Positions 61,169 to 64,000 of a stretch of 64,000 nucleotides of DNA are shown piece by piece. The notes under the pieces are model-generated. The model saw only the letters and a program-made list of their open reading frames with translations. It had not been told where the DNA came from and did not search any database. The DNA is from a virus. Within the stretch, counting starts at the first letter, position 1. The number at the start of each line of letters is the position of its first letter. The stretch is taken from positions 1 to 64,000 of IMG/VR virus record IMGVR_UViG_3300022602_000039. One strand, 5' to 3'. Both the position numbers and the translations under genes were made by a program.

Positions 61169-61256
61169 ATTTTTTCTCCTTTGTTAAGCGAGTTAATATG
61201 TTTGCTTTAGTCCCAAATGTGAGCACCTGAGCTATAAATAATTATGCTTTAAGATT

Positions 61257-61826
61257 GTGAAAAATCAAGAAAATAATAAAAAATATTATATTTACGGTTA
61301 TATTGATCCTGAAAATAACAATGAATTGTTTTATATAGGTAAAGGCTGCAGGTACCGTTATAGAAATATTAGCACGCGAATGTGTAATAGATTATTATAT
61401 AAGAAGCTTGTAACGTTACTAGAAACATACAATATTGATAGTATTACAAAAAAGATTGCAGTAAATTTATCTGAAGATGAAGCGTACGCTCTTGAAATAC
61501 AATTAATAGCAAAAATAGGAAGACGAAACATTGGATCTGGTACTTTACTCAATTTAACACCAGGTGGTGATGGTTTAGTTGGTGTTGCGAACTTAAACAG
61601 TTACTATAAGAGTAAGCCTTGTCGGTTGATTTGTAGTGATGGTCGTGAATGGCTATTTGAAAGTAAGCAGGATGCTATTAGAAAAGGATTTCCGGGGCAT
61701 ATTATAGAAAAAGCTATAAAAACCGGTTCACATACATTAGGCAATAGCACCTATAAAAGAATAAAAAACAGTAAAGCAACTATACAGTTTAAAAATGGTG
61801 ATACAATCACATACATGCGTTTATAG
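61257..61826 (+). CDS. GIY-YIG homing endonuclease
   Basis: YYIYGYIDP..FYIGKG..R, E..LI, LLNLTPGGDG; TATAAATA at 61233. Confidence 0.85.
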   Translation: MKNQENNKKYYIYGYIDPENNNELFYIGKGCRYRYRNISTRMCNRLLYKKLVTLLETYNIDSITKKIAVNLSEDEAYALEIQLIAKIGRRNIGSGTLLNLTPGGDGLVGVANLNSYYKSKPCRLICSDGREWLFESKQDAIRKGFPGHIIEKAIKTGSHTLGNSTYKRIKNSKATIQFKNGDTITYMRL

Positions 61827-61840
61827 ATTTCTATAATCAA

Positions 61841-62515
61841 TTAAATTTTGATTTTTTGTCTGTAAACTTTAAAGTTCTCTTTTAGTTCTTTTACCACATT
61901 ATTGTAGTTCTTTTGTTCAGCCTTAGTACGCTTCTTCTTATCTTTAAGAGTATAAAATTCTGTTGTAAGGTAGGCTTGAATCTCGTCGTCCATGACAGAT
62001 CTATCATAGCCTAATTCAAGAAGAACATCTTCAGCCTTTTTACGGAGAGAGCGATGAAGCTTTTTAAGAATCTTAAGAGTGTTCTCTTTATATTCCTTAT
62101 CTAAGAAAAAGAGAGCATGACAGCATTCATGTTCAATTGTACTGACGTCAGTATTTGAACCAATTAGATAATAATGATTACTTTCAATTTCTGTTACAAT
62201 CTTATTATGGATATTAAGAATAATATCATCATAGATATTATAATCTTCAATTTTGTAATCGTAAAGACTAGCAACAATAGGCCCAGGAATATTAAACCCT
62301 CCCCAATCCATAGGGTAGGTAAATGACCCTTCATTCTTCTTCGAATAAACAGCCATTAATTCAATAAGTGTAAATCTCTTTCCACGAATTTGCTTAAACG
62401 GCGATTCATAGAATTCTTGTACTCTACAAAAGGTCATAGCAAGATCATACATATCCTCTATCTTACAGAGATAGATACCAGGGTATAGCTTTTTAAGTGA
62501 ATATTTGATCTTCAT
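61841..62515 (-). CDS. Hypothetical protein with HExxH motif
   Basis: QEFYESP...EHECCHA...DEIQAY. Confidence 0.65.
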   Translation of the reverse strand: MKIKYSLKKLYPGIYLCKIEDMYDLAMTFCRVQEFYESPFKQIRGKRFTLIELMAVYSKKNEGSFTYPMDWGGFNIPGPIVASLYDYKIEDYNIYDDIILNIHNKIVTEIESNHYYLIGSNTDVSTIEHECCHALFFLDKEYKENTLKILKKLHRSLRKKAEDVLLELGYDRSVMDDEIQAYLTTEFYTLKDKKKRTKAEQKNYNNVVKELKENFKVYRQKIKI

Positions 62516-62530
62516 TTTTTATTTATTCTT

Positions 62531-62605
62531 TGGCATTCCCGACGGGATTTGAACCCGTGCCAGGTCTGTGAAAGAGACCGGTGCTAACCACTACACTACG
62601 GGAAC
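62531..62605 (-). tRNA. tRNA-Glu(TTC)
   Basis: ggtct-ctTTCac-agacc; CCA. Confidence 0.9.
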
Positions 62606-62607
62606 CA

Positions 62608-62657
62608 GAAAAAGACCGGGCGTGAGATAGCTTGCATGTGCAGAGGCCCGCCCGGTT
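62608..62657 (-). terminator. Terminator-like stem with a large loop
   Basis: accgggcg/cgcccggt followed by a U-tract on the minus strand. Confidence 0.55.
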
Positions 62658-62669
62658 TACTTTACTTAC

Positions 62670-63767
62670 TTATGCTTCGAGATTAGCAGGAGCAACATCA
62701 CGGAACGGATCCGGTGCAACCGCTGCAAAATCAGGTCCCTTGAAGAAGAGATCAGACGCTAGGCGATTGAGCTCCATACGGAAGGCAATATTCTCATCCG
62801 TAACATGATGGGTAGCGACATTAGTCAAGTTATTGAACAAGTCATACGCATTAACGTTTGAGTTCGCTGTTGACTGCCAGCGAGTACCCTTCTTAGCAAC
62901 ATCAATACCAATAGTCTTATAACGACCCTTGATCTCGTTATCGTTAAACATCTCTACGGCAAGCTCCTTATCAAGATCCATAACAAGCTTACGTGCGTTG
63001 TAGTACTCACGGATAGAAGCGTTATTATCACGTAGACGATTTGCGTTAGCTGAGACTTCTTCACGGAGAACGTCACCGGTCATAAACTTACGAACCTGGG
63101 TATCAAAGGTACGCTGACTGAAGTCTGCACTATCAATGAAGCGCTGGGCCATACGATGAACAGCGGGCATTCCGTTCGAACAAACAAGACGGAGAAGATA
63201 AGGATAGAACTGTGACTTATTCATCGAGAAGTTCATTCCAAAACCACCCTTCCACATATCACGACCATCTCCGAAAACATCAATATCGGAATCTGGATTC
63301 TTGAAGTTAATTCCAATACTAATGTTCATAGGATCGAAGTTAAAATCCCGAAGCTCGAGATTGTTCTCGTTATCCCTCAAAAAGGCCTCAGTATAACGAA
63401 GGCCTGCGGAAAGATCAATCTGACGCTCTTCCTTAATAGGACGGTCAAAGAGATTGACAATCTCATTATTGTGGTTGTTAACAATCGCAGTTACACGCTT
63501 GTTCTTCTTGATGTTCGTAAGAGCATTATGGAGTGGTGCCCACTGGGAGCTGTCATCCTTAATCTCGTTAACAAGCTGATCCTTAACTCCAAGAACTCCG
63601 AGGAGACTCTTAAGAGAATTATTAGCTAGTCGGTTATTGTTGTAGGAGAAGTTATTACCGTTCTTCTCGATGGACTCAATATCCAGAGGTGCGAGGGTGT
63701 AGCCTTGCAACGTCTGGCGAATATCATTGCTCTTGGCAACGAACTTATCTAGTGTTGTTGTACTCAT
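62670..63767 (-). CDS. DUF932/DUF945-like protein
   Basis: LRLVCSNGM motif; NAYDLFNNLTNVATH. Confidence 0.6.
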   Translation of the reverse strand: MSTTTLDKFVAKSNDIRQTLQGYTLAPLDIESIEKNGNNFSYNNNRLANNSLKSLLGVLGVKDQLVNEIKDDSSQWAPLHNALTNIKKNKRVTAIVNNHNNEIVNLFDRPIKEERQIDLSAGLRYTEAFLRDNENNLELRDFNFDPMNISIGINFKNPDSDIDVFGDGRDMWKGGFGMNFSMNKSQFYPYLLRLVCSNGMPAVHRMAQRFIDSADFSQRTFDTQVRKFMTGDVLREEVSANANRLRDNNASIREYYNARKLVMDLDKELAVEMFNDNEIKGRYKTIGIDVAKKGTRWQSTANSNVNAYDLFNNLTNVATHHVTDENIAFRMELNRLASDLFFKGPDFAAVAPDPFRDVAPANLEA

Positions 63768-63853
63768 GACTCCTTTATATTACGGGCACTCGATTAGGAA
63801 TTCCAGAATTATTTTTAAATTCCGGAAAGTAATTTGTATTTTACTATAAAATC

Positions 63854-63998
63854 AAAGAGAAACCCCTACCACCTGATCAGGGTAGTAGGGGTGAGTTCGA
63901 ACTCTGCTTTCCATTTCTTTATCTCTCTGCATTTTAGGGAGAGCGACTCCTTTCCGGACTTGAGACCGGCAACTGGTAGCATTACTAAAGAAATTTGT
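63854..63998 (-). ncRNA. Unassigned structured RNA ending in an intrinsic terminator
   Basis: atttcttta/taaagaaat encloses ccgg/ccgg and ctctc/gagag hairpins, then acccctac/gtaggggt plus a U-rich tail. Confidence 0.4.
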
Positions 63999-64000
63999 GG

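Noticed and set aside
1831-61552. Numerous short ORFs antisense to or overlapping real genes (e.g. 1831, 3049, 35475, 39379, 53211, 57298, 60470)
   Set aside because: They are shadows of well-supported genes or tRNAs, with no promoter or motif support.
1-64000. Stop-codon reassignment explaining the many short ORFs
   Set aside because: clpC, nrdA, nrdB and cysC are intact in code 11; nrdB ends at TAG and cysC at TGA at plausible C-termini; no suppressor tRNA was seen.

Overview
AT-rich segment of a large, probably T4-like/jumbo tailed phage genome read in the standard genetic code; the ClpC and bS21 sequences hint at a PVC-group (Verrucomicrobia-like) host, which is inference only. Most genes are on the minus strand and look leaderless: the ATG lies 4-10 nt after either a sigma70-type early promoter (two repeated types) or a T4-like late motif TAAATA/TAAGTA. 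The first ~34 kb is a shuffled accessory region of small paralogous cassettes joined at repeated promoters. It is interspersed with seven plus-strand His-Me/HNH endonuclease genes or remnants. The six whose 5' end is in the window each carry a divergent ~85-nt structured RNA. Its stems covary between copies, and its variable strand is complementary to the start-codon region of its own nuclease gene. This nuclease plus cognate RNA module is the best candidate for an undescribed system. The right half holds most of the ~16 tRNA genes, including a group I intron in tRNA-Leu(UAA), a D-armless tRNA(UCU), tRNA(UAU) and tRNA-Ser(ACU), plus endonucleases next to tRNA remnants. It also encodes clpC, rpsU, an Hc1-like histone, a MoaD-like protein, a GT9 glycosyltransferase with a sulfotransferase, dCMP deaminase, nrdAB and an hsp20 whose mRNA ends can pair; cysC lies at ~25.5 kb. 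All calls were made by eye, with no database searches. Coordinates of RNAs and motifs may be off by a few bases, and many small hypothetical ORFs are not listed.
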